This document shows positions 23,040-34,294 of a DNA stretch of 64,000 nucleotides, piece by piece. Within the stretch, counting starts at the first letter, position 1; every line of letters begins with the position of its first letter. The stretch spans positions 62,001 through 126,000 of the forward strand of contig AP026162.1 in NCBI GenBank assembly GCA_030295235.1, in the 5' to 3' direction. Source of the stretch: Fistulifera solaris (Eukaryota). The notes under the pieces are model-generated. The model did no database searches. It was not told the origin of the DNA and saw only the letters and a program-made list of their open reading frames with translations. The position numbers and the translations under genes are program-made.

Positions 23040-24529
23040 TTAATCTTCGTCGTCTTCATCGTCGTCATCTTCTTCATCCTCATCGTCGTCCACTTCCAAA
23101 ATAAGACTTTCCACGTAATCATCCAACTCGTCATCCGACAGTGAAGACGACGGCGTCAGCTTACTCAAGGGAATATCTATTCGGGTCGCCGATGTACGGA
23201 TTCGCGCGCGTTCGGCAACCTTTTCACCACCCGCCAGTTCATCCGGCCCGTAAATGCTCTCCATGGCTTTGTCTGATTTTGTGGCAACCACCAATATCTG
23301 TTGTTGGGGTGCCGGTAATAAGCTAAGAACAATGCTTGGCGGCTTGAGCAATAAAAAGTAGAGCATCTGCTTGATCAGCAACTGCACTTGTCGCGCTTGC
23401 AATACAAAGACCGCCGGCGCCCCCAACAATAAAATAGCCCGACTGGCTGGCGTCCGCCCACCGAACCAACCGAAAAACAAAAACAAACAAAAGCTCCGTA
23501 TCGACGCTTCCCAGTCAATGTTGAACTGCCGTTGTAGCTGTAGCTTGATTGACGTTTTGACCCCCGCGACGGCCACTTGACGAACACGCTCTCCTCGAGT
23601 TTGTGTGATCATGAGTCCCGACTGTTCCGCCGGTGCCATCGGATCGGCCAACAAGTTTTGTGCTTTGGAGCTAGTGAGTAGTTCCGTTTTCCATTGGGCT
23701 TGAATGCGTTCGGCTTGTTGACGAATCTGTTCAGAAATGAGCGATGAATCGTTGCTGGGTTGCACTTCAATCTCTTCATCAGAGTCATCCGATGATGCAG
23801 TCGACCGCGATGGAAGAGAGAGGCGGCATTTTGATACAATGCCGCTTCGTTGGCAGCGTACGCCTCTAGCAATTGAGCAGTCGTCCAGTGTGGTATCTCT
23901 TGTTGCAATTGCGGCAAGAATTTCGGGTCAATCGGTGGAACCATATCGAGTTGCAAGACGAGTCCGAACGCGTTATCCTCATCCATTTCGTCGTCCTCTT
24001 CGTCATCATCTTCATCTTCTATTAAATCATCGACGATGGTCGTGTCCGGCAATCGCTTCCCACGCCATATCAATTCCATTGTGGACACAGGAGGTTTGCT
24101 AGGTAATTGCCGACGAATAGTCTCTTTCAGCGAAGCAATGTCACGACTTCGATTTGCGTTCAGTTCAAGGGAATGATCCAGTACTTTAAATCCTGTTGCC
24201 GTTTGAACTGTAACAGTTACCGCTTTTTGTGAGGCTGGACTTTTCTTTGATGCTTGTTTCGCATCCTCTTCTTCCTCTTCGTCCTCATCTTCTTCGTTAT
24301 TCTCGTTGACAGCTTTATTTTCTTGCGTTGCTGACGCCTCTTCGTCTTCTACGACTCCCTCTTGCATACTCGCACCTCCACGAACGAGCCAAGCAGTATC
24401 TCTTTGAGTAAAAGAAAGTGTCCGATAAGTCGCTCGAGAAACGAAAGGTCGATAAGCTTCGGTAGTCGATTGTTGCATGTTTACTGTGTACACGAACAAC
24501 AGCACAGTTATCCGTGATATTGCCGTCAT
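23040..24529 (-). CDS. Protein with signal peptide, ubiquitin-like domain and C-terminal TM segments; apparent frameshift near 23811-23815
   Basis: Hydrophobic N-terminus, IASLKETIRRQLPSKPPVSTMELIWRGKRL (UBL-like), then FCLFLFFGWF and ILLLGAPAVFVL helices in the second ORF. Confidence 0.6.
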
Positions 24530-25586
24530 TCTTTATTGTTTTGTATGAAGAGAGTTACAGGATTATGTTACGATTCGCTTTCTTGTTAAAATGATTTGAT
24601 AAATAACATCATCGTCTTTTATTGTCGCGTCCGCCTCGAGGGAAAAAAGCCGACGACCTTCCACCTTCCACGTGTTGGTGAAAGCTGCACGTTGCGCGAC
24701 GTAGTACGTAGTTTTATTTTTTAGAATGTGTTACCTGGTAAGGTTACGGATAAGGATTTCACGACTGCATTTCAGTCACGTATCAAATTTTCCGACTCGT
24801 TTTTCAATTGCTAAAATCATCAACATTCTCTGCAACCTGCAATGCACGTCATAAGATTTTGATGTCGAAAATGGACTCATAGATTATTTAGCCCTAGTTA
24901 CTAGTTACTTTTAGAACCAAGTGGAACCTCAAATTTACCACGACTGATACCTTCAGTCATGAGTCCGTAGTCGCTGCGGAACTCAAAACTGTCGTCGTAG
25001 GTTGTAGTGGAGCTCATCATTGTCATGCCGAAGTGTCATCGGCACGGCGAAATACTACGTACGTTATGATCTAGCTACATAAGATAGTTATTGGAAATTG
25101 GAAAAGGCTTTATGTCGTTGAGTGCAAGAAGCAGAAAGTAGGAAGTCGTATCTAAATCTCTAAAATTAGAAAGATCGAAGATCGAAGAGAATTCGCTTCA
25201 ACCTTCAACTTCAAATGATATTGAAAATTTAGCCGCGGCCGGCGCGGGGGATAAATAAAATTTACAGTAAGCCGAACTCAACTCGAAAGAGAGAAGAGAG
25301 GCTCTTATTTTGAGCGATAAGGTACGTAGTAGATGGTAGTGACAGAGTGACAGAGTGATAGTCCAGAGTCCAGAGTGCAAAGTGCATACGTAGTGCGTAG
25401 TGCGCCACGGAACCCGAACCTCGATCGTTTGTGCTCGTTTTGGCATGTCGGCACAGAGCACACAGAGGTTGATGGCGTATCGCTGCATCGCCAACAACAC
25501 GATCGACATTCTCATCACCTTGTTATCTGTTAAACTACCAAGTCTCTCTCTCTGCAGAGTCCTTGCTTTGTAAAACGGTTCTGTTC

Positions 25587-26795
25587 ATGGCTCGATATTA
25601 CTTATTGAAACACACGGGTAGCGATAACCGAAAACGCAATCGAAAGCGCAGCCATGTTGTCGGATTCGTTCTTCTCTTTCTTGTGGCCATCCAACTTTCC
25701 ATGTCTTTCCTATTCGATCAGGAGAAAGTAGCAGGAAGCGTTCCTCCGGCCTGCCAAGAAATGGTTCCGGGTGAACTTATTCTACGGGAGCGGACCAATC
25801 AGTCAGCACTTTCTGAAATCAAAAATTGGCCAAAACATCCGGATGAGAAAAGCATCTGCTTTTGGGACTCCAATTGGTTATTGCATCAACATTTACCACA
25901 CGCAATGCAGTGGATATACCGCTGTTGGACCATCTGGGAAAAGTATCCGGGGGAGAAGGTGCTCCTCAAAAATCCAGATGATTGGAAAGTAAAAGTCACC
26001 CGTTATTTGACCAAGATCTTCAACCCATATTCGAAGGGTGAATTCATTGATGGGATGTTGTCGGCAATGGAGGAAGCCTTCGATGTAAAATTACTCTTAT
26101 CGAATGAAATTAGCAAACATGATCGACAATATGCCATCGATGCCAAAAGTGAAACTTGTGGAGGAAATCACTGCATGCGTCGACAAGATGCGTGGAAATG
26201 GACCGAGGGTATAATACGGCATGAAAATCTGCACGAGGAGAGAATCGGCTGCAAAGGACCAGTACGGATAGGAATCTTGAATCGAGCTCATGACAACGGT
26301 CGCTCCATATTGAATGCAGGGCGTATCATGGAGAAATTGAGGCATGAATACGGTCAAAATGTTCGTGTTGACGAAAGTACAATGGACGGAAAATCCTTTC
26401 GCGAGCAAATTGGTTGGTTTGCCTCCCATGATATCATTTTTACAGGCCATGGAGCTCAGGAGACGAGTTTGCCTTTCATGCCCCGCTGTGGCGTTATTAT
26501 GGAGATATTTCCATTCGGCTATTACGTCCCTCATAAATTTGGATCTTTGGCCGATTCAACTCACGTCCGTCATTATTCGATGTACGACAACAACACGACA
26601 GATCCAATTGCGGATACACAGGCGAAAATCGACCGTTATGCAGACCGAGTCAATGTGCGGGCGGCGAATTTTTGTCCTGCTGCGGATAGCATCGTGCATT
26701 ACATTTCGACCGCTATTCGCGATTGGGAATTGTGCTGCAAAGATGTCGAAGAAAGCTTCAATTTTAGTGTAGGATCTAGCACTTCGATAAAATAG
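25587..26795 (+). CDS. Glycosyltransferase family 61-like protein
   Basis: N-terminal TM, RSILN, SFREQIGWFASHDIIFTGHGAQETSLPFM...MEIFP. Confidence 0.75.
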   Translation: MARYYLLKHTGSDNRKRNRKRSHVVGFVLLFLVAIQLSMSFLFDQEKVAGSVPPACQEMVPGELILRERTNQSALSEIKNWPKHPDEKSICFWDSNWLLHQHLPHAMQWIYRCWTIWEKYPGEKVLLKNPDDWKVKVTRYLTKIFNPYSKGEFIDGMLSAMEEAFDVKLLLSNEISKHDRQYAIDAKSETCGGNHCMRRQDAWKWTEGIIRHENLHEERIGCKGPVRIGILNRAHDNGRSILNAGRIMEKLRHEYGQNVRVDESTMDGKSFREQIGWFASHDIIFTGHGAQETSLPFMPRCGVIMEIFPFGYYVPHKFGSLADSTHVRHYSMYDNNTTDPIADTQAKIDRYADRVNVRAANFCPAADSIVHYISTAIRDWELCCKDVEESFNFSVGSSTSIK

Positions 26796-27067
26796 GTCTA
26801 TACCGGTAGTTAGAAATGTTTGTTTTTTCACGACTTTATTTTTTGCATCGCATCAGTCTTTGCGGCTGTTGTATTCTTAACCTTACGGAGTATTTGTATT
26901 CGGTGGCAATGCCGGGACTGAAGTAGCGTTGGGTCGTGTCGTAGAAAAAAGTAATCTACTATTTGTGTTCGACTAAATGGATCGACGCGTCTTCAGCATC
27001 GCATTTATTTTTCACACTTCATCAAAACCCATTATAATGCTAAATCGCATCTATTAATCACGATATC

Positions 27068-28131
27068 ATGAGCATTGTCTCCATTTCTTACAACGATCTC
27101 GTCGAGCAAAAGCAGGAGACGCTTTTAAGTGCTACAGAAAAAGCCTTCGGACCGCAAGGACTGGGGATAATCGTGATACGAGATGTGCCCGAATTTGCTA
27201 CTTTGCGGCAACGCGTGCTGGAAGAAGCGGCGCAGTTGGGAGATTTGGGAAAGACGAATAACGCTACCAATGTGTTAGATGACTGTATTTCTCCGGAATC
27301 GAATTATAGTACAGGCTGGTCTCACGGGAAAGAACAACTGACACAGGGTGTACCCGATACCAGCAAGGGAAGTTTTTATGCGAATCCGCTCGTACCGAAC
27401 TTGCTAGAAGCTGTGTTGCAACGGGATACTATCAAAGGCATCAAGGAGGAGGAGCTACGAAAACAAGCAAATGACAATCCTTCCTTCTTCGCACCCAATG
27501 TCTTCCCTCGAGCTTGTCCGGAATTGGAGCCGGCATTGACATCCATGGGGAAACTCATTCATCACGTGGGCTGTCTGGTAGCTCGAGCCTGTCAAGACTA
27601 CTGTCGCGAGAAACATGGGTTATCCATTCCACTGCATAGTATCATTGCTCAGTCACTCAATTGCAAGGCACGGTTACTGCATTATTACGATGAACCCAAC
27701 AACGGTAACGAATGGTGGTGCGGATGGCATAAGGATCACGGCGCTTTAACTGGCTTGGTACCGTGCATGTATCGAAAAGAAGGACAAGAAATCAAAGTGA
27801 AAGAACCATCGCTCTACATTCAAAACAGAAACGGAGAGAATATTGGTGTATCGTGGCCGGCTGATTGTCTTGCATTTCAACTCGGAGAGACCTTTCAAAT
27901 TCTCACCAACGGCCTCTTGGAGGCGACACCCCATGCCGTGAAACGAGTTGGGGAAGGTTGTACTCGTGAGGCTCTAGCCGTCTTTTGCAGCCGGACTTTG
28001 ATTTTCCGCTCACCACCAATTACACGGAAGAAGTTTTGTCGTCCACAGTTCGTCCTCTCAAACAACGGTATCGCCCGGGCTGTACGTTCGGAGAGTTTCA
28101 CAATGCGACCGTGCAAGCTTTTCAAGCCTAG
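27068..28131 (+). CDS. 2-oxoglutarate/Fe(II)-dependent oxygenase (IPNS-like); apparent frameshift at 27983-27986
   Basis: GWSHGKE, KGSFYANP, RLLHYY, WCGWHKDHGALTGL, QLGETFQILTNG, ATPHAV, REALAVF[LQP]. Confidence 0.88.
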
Positions 28132-28297
28132 AACGTTTGTGTTTCACAAAAGTTTGAATTTTGATTATAGGATAACTATTTTAAATTTTAAGTATGCCAT
28201 CTACATGGCTTATCGGTTTTTTAATAAATTATTCATTCGATTGATCACTATAGTCACTCTGCATTGCCTCCTTCTGGGCTCCGTAAAGTGAACCCCT

Positions 28298-29338
28298 CTA
28301 AGCCGCATGACTGATTCCCGTTCGACTTTTCATAGTCTCGGCATCGATCTTGTTTTTATAGGCGGCAGGTGCCATTAAAGGAATGCGTTCAAGAGCGACA
28401 TTCTGCTGCAACATTTCTGCCAAAGCATCGAATCCAGCGTTCGAGATCTTGACATTTCCCCACAAGCGGAGCATCTTGATACTTCTGTTGTCTGCCAATG
28501 CGGTCGCAATGACAATGCAACCTTCATCAGTGAGGCTGTTGCAAGACAAATCGAGTTTCTCCAAAGACTGGTTCAAGCCAATGGCCTTGGCAATGTGGTC
28601 GGCACTTTCGTCATTGAGGCCACAATGCGGTAGTGCAAGAGCCTTGATGCTTGGGGCAGTCTTGATAGCTTCGGCGAGTGCCTCAAAGTCATCAAGATCC
28701 AGCGCAAGACGGTTCAACGTGAGCTCATTCATTTTAGGCGCCGAGATCAAGGACGCCAGCGCCAGTCCCCGCACGATAACTTTGACAGGCTGACTTGCAG
28801 CAACACTGCCCACAAGACTGACACGTCGACGGCGCGTCACCTCAATCTTGACCTTTTCAAGATTCGGAATAGTCGAGAGCGCTTTGATGAAATCGTCCAT
28901 GACAATTGAGTCATCGTTCAAGCAAAAGTCAGTGAGATTGAAACCCGTCAATGTAGGGTGGTTTTCAATCGCCTTGGAAATAATGGCGAAGTCTTCCGCA
29001 GTGCCCTGCAAATCCAAGCAGCCAAATTCAAGAAACTCGATCTTGTTTGCGTTCTTCAGAAAGTCGGCGAGGACTTTGACAGGGACGCTGGCGTGCCAAA
29101 TGTGAGCCTCTGTGAGAGCCGGCAATGCACCGATGGTAGAGAAGAAATCCTCCATGTAGTTCTCGTCCATGCAGGGTAAGAAATCACGGTCGAGGCGAAT
29201 ATAGTCGACAACCGTGTTCGACGACAGTGCTTCAATCAAATCCGACATGCTAGCGGCATAGGCTTCGGGGCTCTCTGTGAGACGAAGCTCCCTAAGCTCG
29301 GGATCGTTGTTTCTGAGTTGCTCACAGATAGAAGTCAT
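28298..29338 (-). CDS. RNI-like leucine-rich repeat protein
   Basis: LRNNDPELRELRL, LEKLDLSCNSLTDEG, LRLWGNVKISNAG. Confidence 0.8.
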   Translation of the reverse strand: MTSICEQLRNNDPELRELRLTESPEAYAASMSDLIEALSSNTVVDYIRLDRDFLPCMDENYMEDFFSTIGALPALTEAHIWHASVPVKVLADFLKNANKIEFLEFGCLDLQGTAEDFAIISKAIENHPTLTGFNLTDFCLNDDSIVMDDFIKALSTIPNLEKVKIEVTRRRRVSLVGSVAASQPVKVIVRGLALASLISAPKMNELTLNRLALDLDDFEALAEAIKTAPSIKALALPHCGLNDESADHIAKAIGLNQSLEKLDLSCNSLTDEGCIVIATALADNRSIKMLRLWGNVKISNAGFDALAEMLQQNVALERIPLMAPAAYKNKIDAETMKSRTGISHAA

Positions 29339-30361
29339 GATTGCTTTTGTTGCTGATAATGAGAGTCTCTTAAGATTCAATGAAGAGAAATCAGCGGTTG
29401 TCGATTTTATGAAGAATGACCACAACCAACGTTCTCGCGTCATCAACATCAAGAAGACCGCGACCGCAAACCTTTTGTCACTCGCGGTTCGGGTTTCGGA
29501 TTGAAAGGAAATGACTGCGAACACTTGGTAGTAGATTACTGTAGATCGTAGACATTAAAGTGTTCGACGCTTTTTCTATTTCTAGTTTCTCGTTTTTATC
29601 ATAGCCTAAAAGCGAAGGCATATGACTAATGACCTCGTTACTCGTTACTCACTCTACTTTTCGCATTGAAATCTTATATTCCCAGCAAGATATTATTCGT
29701 CGTTTTCCATAGTACAATGTATAATCAACAATTCACGGAATGCCGATTTTGTCCATTAGTTTAATCAGTACAGAAGCATCTTCTGCGCCTATGTAGTATG
29801 CGAGATATAGTAAAGTTATGTTGGGGAGGAGTCATTGTGGATTTCGTGAATGAATTTCGAATGAGTCATGGATCAACAGAGGCCTATAGAGCATTATTTT
29901 TTTGTAGAAGAAACCCCATTTTCACTTTAAGCGTATAATTCATTCTTGACATACCTATACCGGTAATAGGATGACCTATTGCTATAGTTGTGTTAAAGAT
30001 ACTCCGTAAGCAAGATGGAAATGCCGATACCCTTCTCGCTCTTTTCTCTAGTTTAGTTCGTTTTTCTGCATGCATCAATCATCAAGGGCTATGAGTTATT
30101 TGTTAGTTATTTGGTCGATTGGGTCACCTGGCGCCTGCGAGCTTATTAGACTATCATTCCTTTGCTTTACGCTTCGCATTTTTGCGCTCGGGATAGCAGT
30201 ACCAGTGCGATACAATCGGATAGCAACATTTTGTTTGACACACACGCGCGACGAAAGCACACACGCGTTCACGTTTGTTGCCATTTTACTTCAAAAGATC
30301 TTGATCAAGATTGCTAGCTAAATCGTTCAGTCATTGCTTCCGATCAAACTCTTCGTACAAG

Positions 30362-32523
30362 ATGCAAATAAATTATGTTCTGTTTCTGCTTTTGGGTGCT
30401 GCGCAAGGACAGCGATCTATTGTCTCGTGGGGAAGCCGCCTCCAAAAACGTGGTGCCTCTTCCGTAGAAGGTAAGTTTGTTTCATGCACATCGCAGCAAC
30501 AGACCTCAATGAAAGGATACTAATCTATAATCTTTACCTATATTCATTGTAGATGAAATTGTGGTACACGATGATCACATTGAAGCTATGGCGGGTCTTT
30601 CGCAAGTTGATTTGTCATTTGAAGGGATCGAAATGACGCTCAACAAAGGAAAACACAAAGAACCCAAACAAATATTAGACGGAAGTATCCGAGGAAGAGC
30701 ACGCCCGGGACGTTTACTTGCAATTATGGGACCTAGTGGAGCTGGAAAGTCTTCTGTAATGCACGCATTAGCGGGACGCATCAAAGAAAGCTCGGCTTTA
30801 CAACTGTTCGGAAGACGATATGTGAATGGTAAAGAACTGGCAGGCGATTCACCGCTTCCCGCTGCTCTTATTGAGCAAGACGTCAACTTCTTTCCGCACA
30901 TGACGGTTCGAGAGACTCTGGATTTTCGCGTTCAGTTGCAATTAGGATCACGTTTGAGTAAACGGGCGCGGCATAAGGTAGTTGATGACATTATGGAACA
31001 GTTGGGATTGACGAAAGTAGCCGATAGTATTGTAGGGAACAGCAAAGTCAGAGGCATCTCGGGAGGAGAACGGAAGCGGCTTTCCATTGCAGTGGAAATG
31101 ATTGCTTCACCAGCCCTTATCTTTCTTGATGAACCCACCAGGTACAGATATCGTCTATTCACGCTTCAACATGCTTGTGGAATCAACACTCACTCTTTTG
31201 CTTAGTGGCCTTGATGCAACAGCTGCTACGAAGCTAGTACAAACACTTCGCGATCTGGCCGATGAGGGCAAAACAATTGTTGCGGTTATTCACCAACCGA
31301 GCCAGCACGTGTTCGACAAATTTGATGATATCATGTTAGTATCGGAAGGGAAACTGATGTACTTTGGGCCCCGGGAAGAAGTTCGTGCGTATATGAATAA
31401 GTATGGTTGCAAAGCGCCCGCGGATATGGGAACCGCGGAGCACATATTGGATTGCGTATCGGCGGATTTGCTGGAAGGTGAAACTGCCGAAGACGCCTCG
31501 AATCGTATGGATCGCTTAGCTAAGAATGCCGCCAATCAGAATATTGATTTGGGAATAGCGAAAACCGCAATTGAGTCCAACAGCCAGTTACAGCGCTTTT
31601 CTTCTGGAATGAGCCACAGACCGCGCTCAAGCCTATTGACACAATTTCGATTGCTCTTACAACGATCATTTCGTGAAATAAGCAGAGGCAAGCTGGTTCT
31701 TTTCGTAAAACTGGTGCAGCAAGTGACGACAGCATTGATTTACGGAGGCATCTATAGTCTTGGAACCAATCAGGCCTCTATTCAGGATCGTTTCGGCTTG
31801 TTGTCGCTGATTGCTATCGGCACTGCTAATATGGCGATTGCGCAGTCCATTCGCGCCTTTCCTCGAGAAAAATCCATCATTTCAGGTGAACTTGCATCTC
31901 GAATGTACCGGACTTTGCCGTATTTTGTCGGCAAAGCGTTGGCTGAGATCCCCTTGGTCACCTTTATGAGTAGCGTGTTTGGTTCCATTTTGTATCGCTT
32001 GACCGGTTTAAGTCGGATGACGGGCAAGTTCCGCAATTTTCTCGGGCTCTTAAGTATGCATGGCATCACGGCGGAAGCCACAGGACTGTTGATCGGTGCC
32101 TTCAGTCCGAGTTCCGATATTGCGTTGGCAGTCTTTCCTGCCATTTTGGTAATTAACATTATTTTCGATGGTAAAAACATCTCTGAAGAGAATACACCCC
32201 GACTACTGAAATGGGTCCCAAAGATTGGTTTGATTCGTTGGGGATTTGAAGGCTTATGCGTCAATGAATTTGAAGGCTTGGAATTTGACGTGGGCGGTCC
32301 TCGACGTGGACCAGTCGCCAAGACAGGCGCCGATGCACTGGCGCGGTTCGGATTGGGCAGTCGAAGTCTCGGCGATGTGTTACGGGCACAAATGATTATC
32401 ACGGGAGGATTCTATGCATTGAGCTATCTGGGCTTGACATTGACGCGACAGCGCTTTCAGGTCATGCAGCCACCGTTGGACAACAAACAAATACTCGACG
32501 ATGCCAAAGAAAAAGAGCTATGA
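30362..32523 (+). CDS. ABCG (White-family) half transporter; introns 30471-30552 and 31142-31205
   Basis: Walker A GPSGAGKS, ISGGERKRLSIA, LDEPT|SGLD, IHQP, followed by a TM domain. Confidence 0.95.
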
Positions 32524-32673
32524 TTCAGCTAGTGCGTATTACTTATGGGAAGGATATAGATATAAAAGAGAACTTATGATATTTCATGTGATTCGTATTT
32601 CAAGAAATTCCACTGTATTATTTACTGATTTCGTGTTTTGTTGCTCCTTATCGCGTCCATTCGTTGTCGTTTT

Positions 32674-33609
32674 TCACTTATTGGTGAATTCGGGAGTACG
32701 TTTTTCCAAAAAGGCTTTCATTCCTTCCTTTTGATCATGCGTCGCAAACAAGGATTGAAAGAATCGCCGTTCCAACCGCAATCCTTCTTGCAAACTGATC
32801 TCTTGCGATGCATTGACGGCTTCCTTGGCCATCATGACCGACATGCGTCCCTTCCCGGCAATCGCATGTGCCACTTTGACGGCTTCATCCACTAAGTCAT
32901 CCGCAGGAAATACTTTAGCAACCAAACCATTCTGATAAGCCGTCTCGGCATCGACCATTTCTCCCGTCAAACACATGTACATGGCCTTGGATTTGCCAAT
33001 GGCCCGTGTCAACCGCTGCGTCCCGCCCGCACCCGGAATGATTCCCAAATTGATTTCCGGCTGACCAAATTTCGCTTTATCACCAGCGAGAATGAAATCA
33101 CACATCATGGCTAGTTCACAACCTCCACCCAAACAAAAGCCATTGACGGCCGCAATAATGGGTTTTCCCAATTTGGTAATGTCGGCCCATTCAGAGAACA
33201 TGTTCTAACAAGGTTGAGCATCAGGCGGTAGAGCAAGAGTACGTTGGTGAAGTTCTGACGATAGAATAGCGCGAAATAAGTCGCGTGTTCGACGCACCTT
33301 CGAATACGTATGATCAAACGTTCGATCTTTCATTTCACTGATATCCGCGCCGGCCGCAAACGCCTTAATCGATCCTGTGACAACCATACAACCGATAGCA
33401 TCATTCTCCTCAAACTCCTTCGCCGCGTGAATCAAATCAGCAAAGAGGGCATCCGATAAAGCATTGAGAGCTTTGGGACGGTGCAAACGAATCAATCCTA
33501 CGTTTTCTTGGAGTACTTCGACTTGAATGTTTTCGTACGCTTTTGTTGTAGTTGACAGAGTCCGACGAACGATGAGTCGGGATGCCGGTAATACAACACT
33601 GCGAAACAT
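32674..33609 (-). CDS. ECHS1: Mitochondrial short-chain enoyl-CoA hydratase; intron 33205-33297
   Basis: RPKALNAL, AFAAGADISEM, GGGCELAMMCD, FGQPEI, PGAGGTQRL. Confidence 0.95.
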
Positions 33610-33959
33610 TGCGATTTTACGTTAAAAAGTATAAAAATGAGTGAAAGGAGGTGGATTAACGAATAATAATAGGTCACAAACAATGGAGAGGAAGAAAACG
33701 CGACGAAGAAAAAAAAAAACGAAGAAAGATACGGTGGGTCACGCGCGATGGTGTCAAAAAGTCGCGGATCATAACGGACGTCATAGTCATGACTCACTCA
33801 CTCACGACCGACATCAACTTCTCGTCGAAAGAAAAAGACCTCATCGATCCACAGATCTGGAACCGACAAATGATACGTCGCATTCCTCAACATATCCTTC
33901 AAGATCCAGTGAACAAGAATCGACATTAATTGGAACACGCAACGTGAAAATGACACCAA

Positions 33960-34256
33960 ATGCAATGCTGCGACTGTCTACGTGCATTTCACGTAGGCTC
34001 CGTGGGGAAATTTAGCGACGGAGGGGGAACCCGGAGATTGTGTAGTTTTGCATATCCATGTTTTGGGCTTTATGTGACTACAATAATGGCAAAACAATCT
34101 TCACTAGTAACAACAATGATTTGCACTAAAACAAAGATCACAATCGTTTCGAAATCAAAACGTAGAAAAGAGCGAAGATTACAGCGCTTCGAACATCTAC
34201 GTCATTTTCACGTAGGCCCCGTAGGGAAATTTATCGACAGAGGGGAACCCGGATAA
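33960..34256. repeat. Diverged copy of repeat R1 (two cores ~215 bp apart)
   Basis: CTACGT-n7-ACGTAG...GGGAAATTTA.CGAC.GAGGGG.AACCCGGA occurs twice. Confidence 0.8.
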
Positions 34257-34294
34257 TTTGACAATGGGAGGCGCAGAGCGCAGCGCAGCAATCA

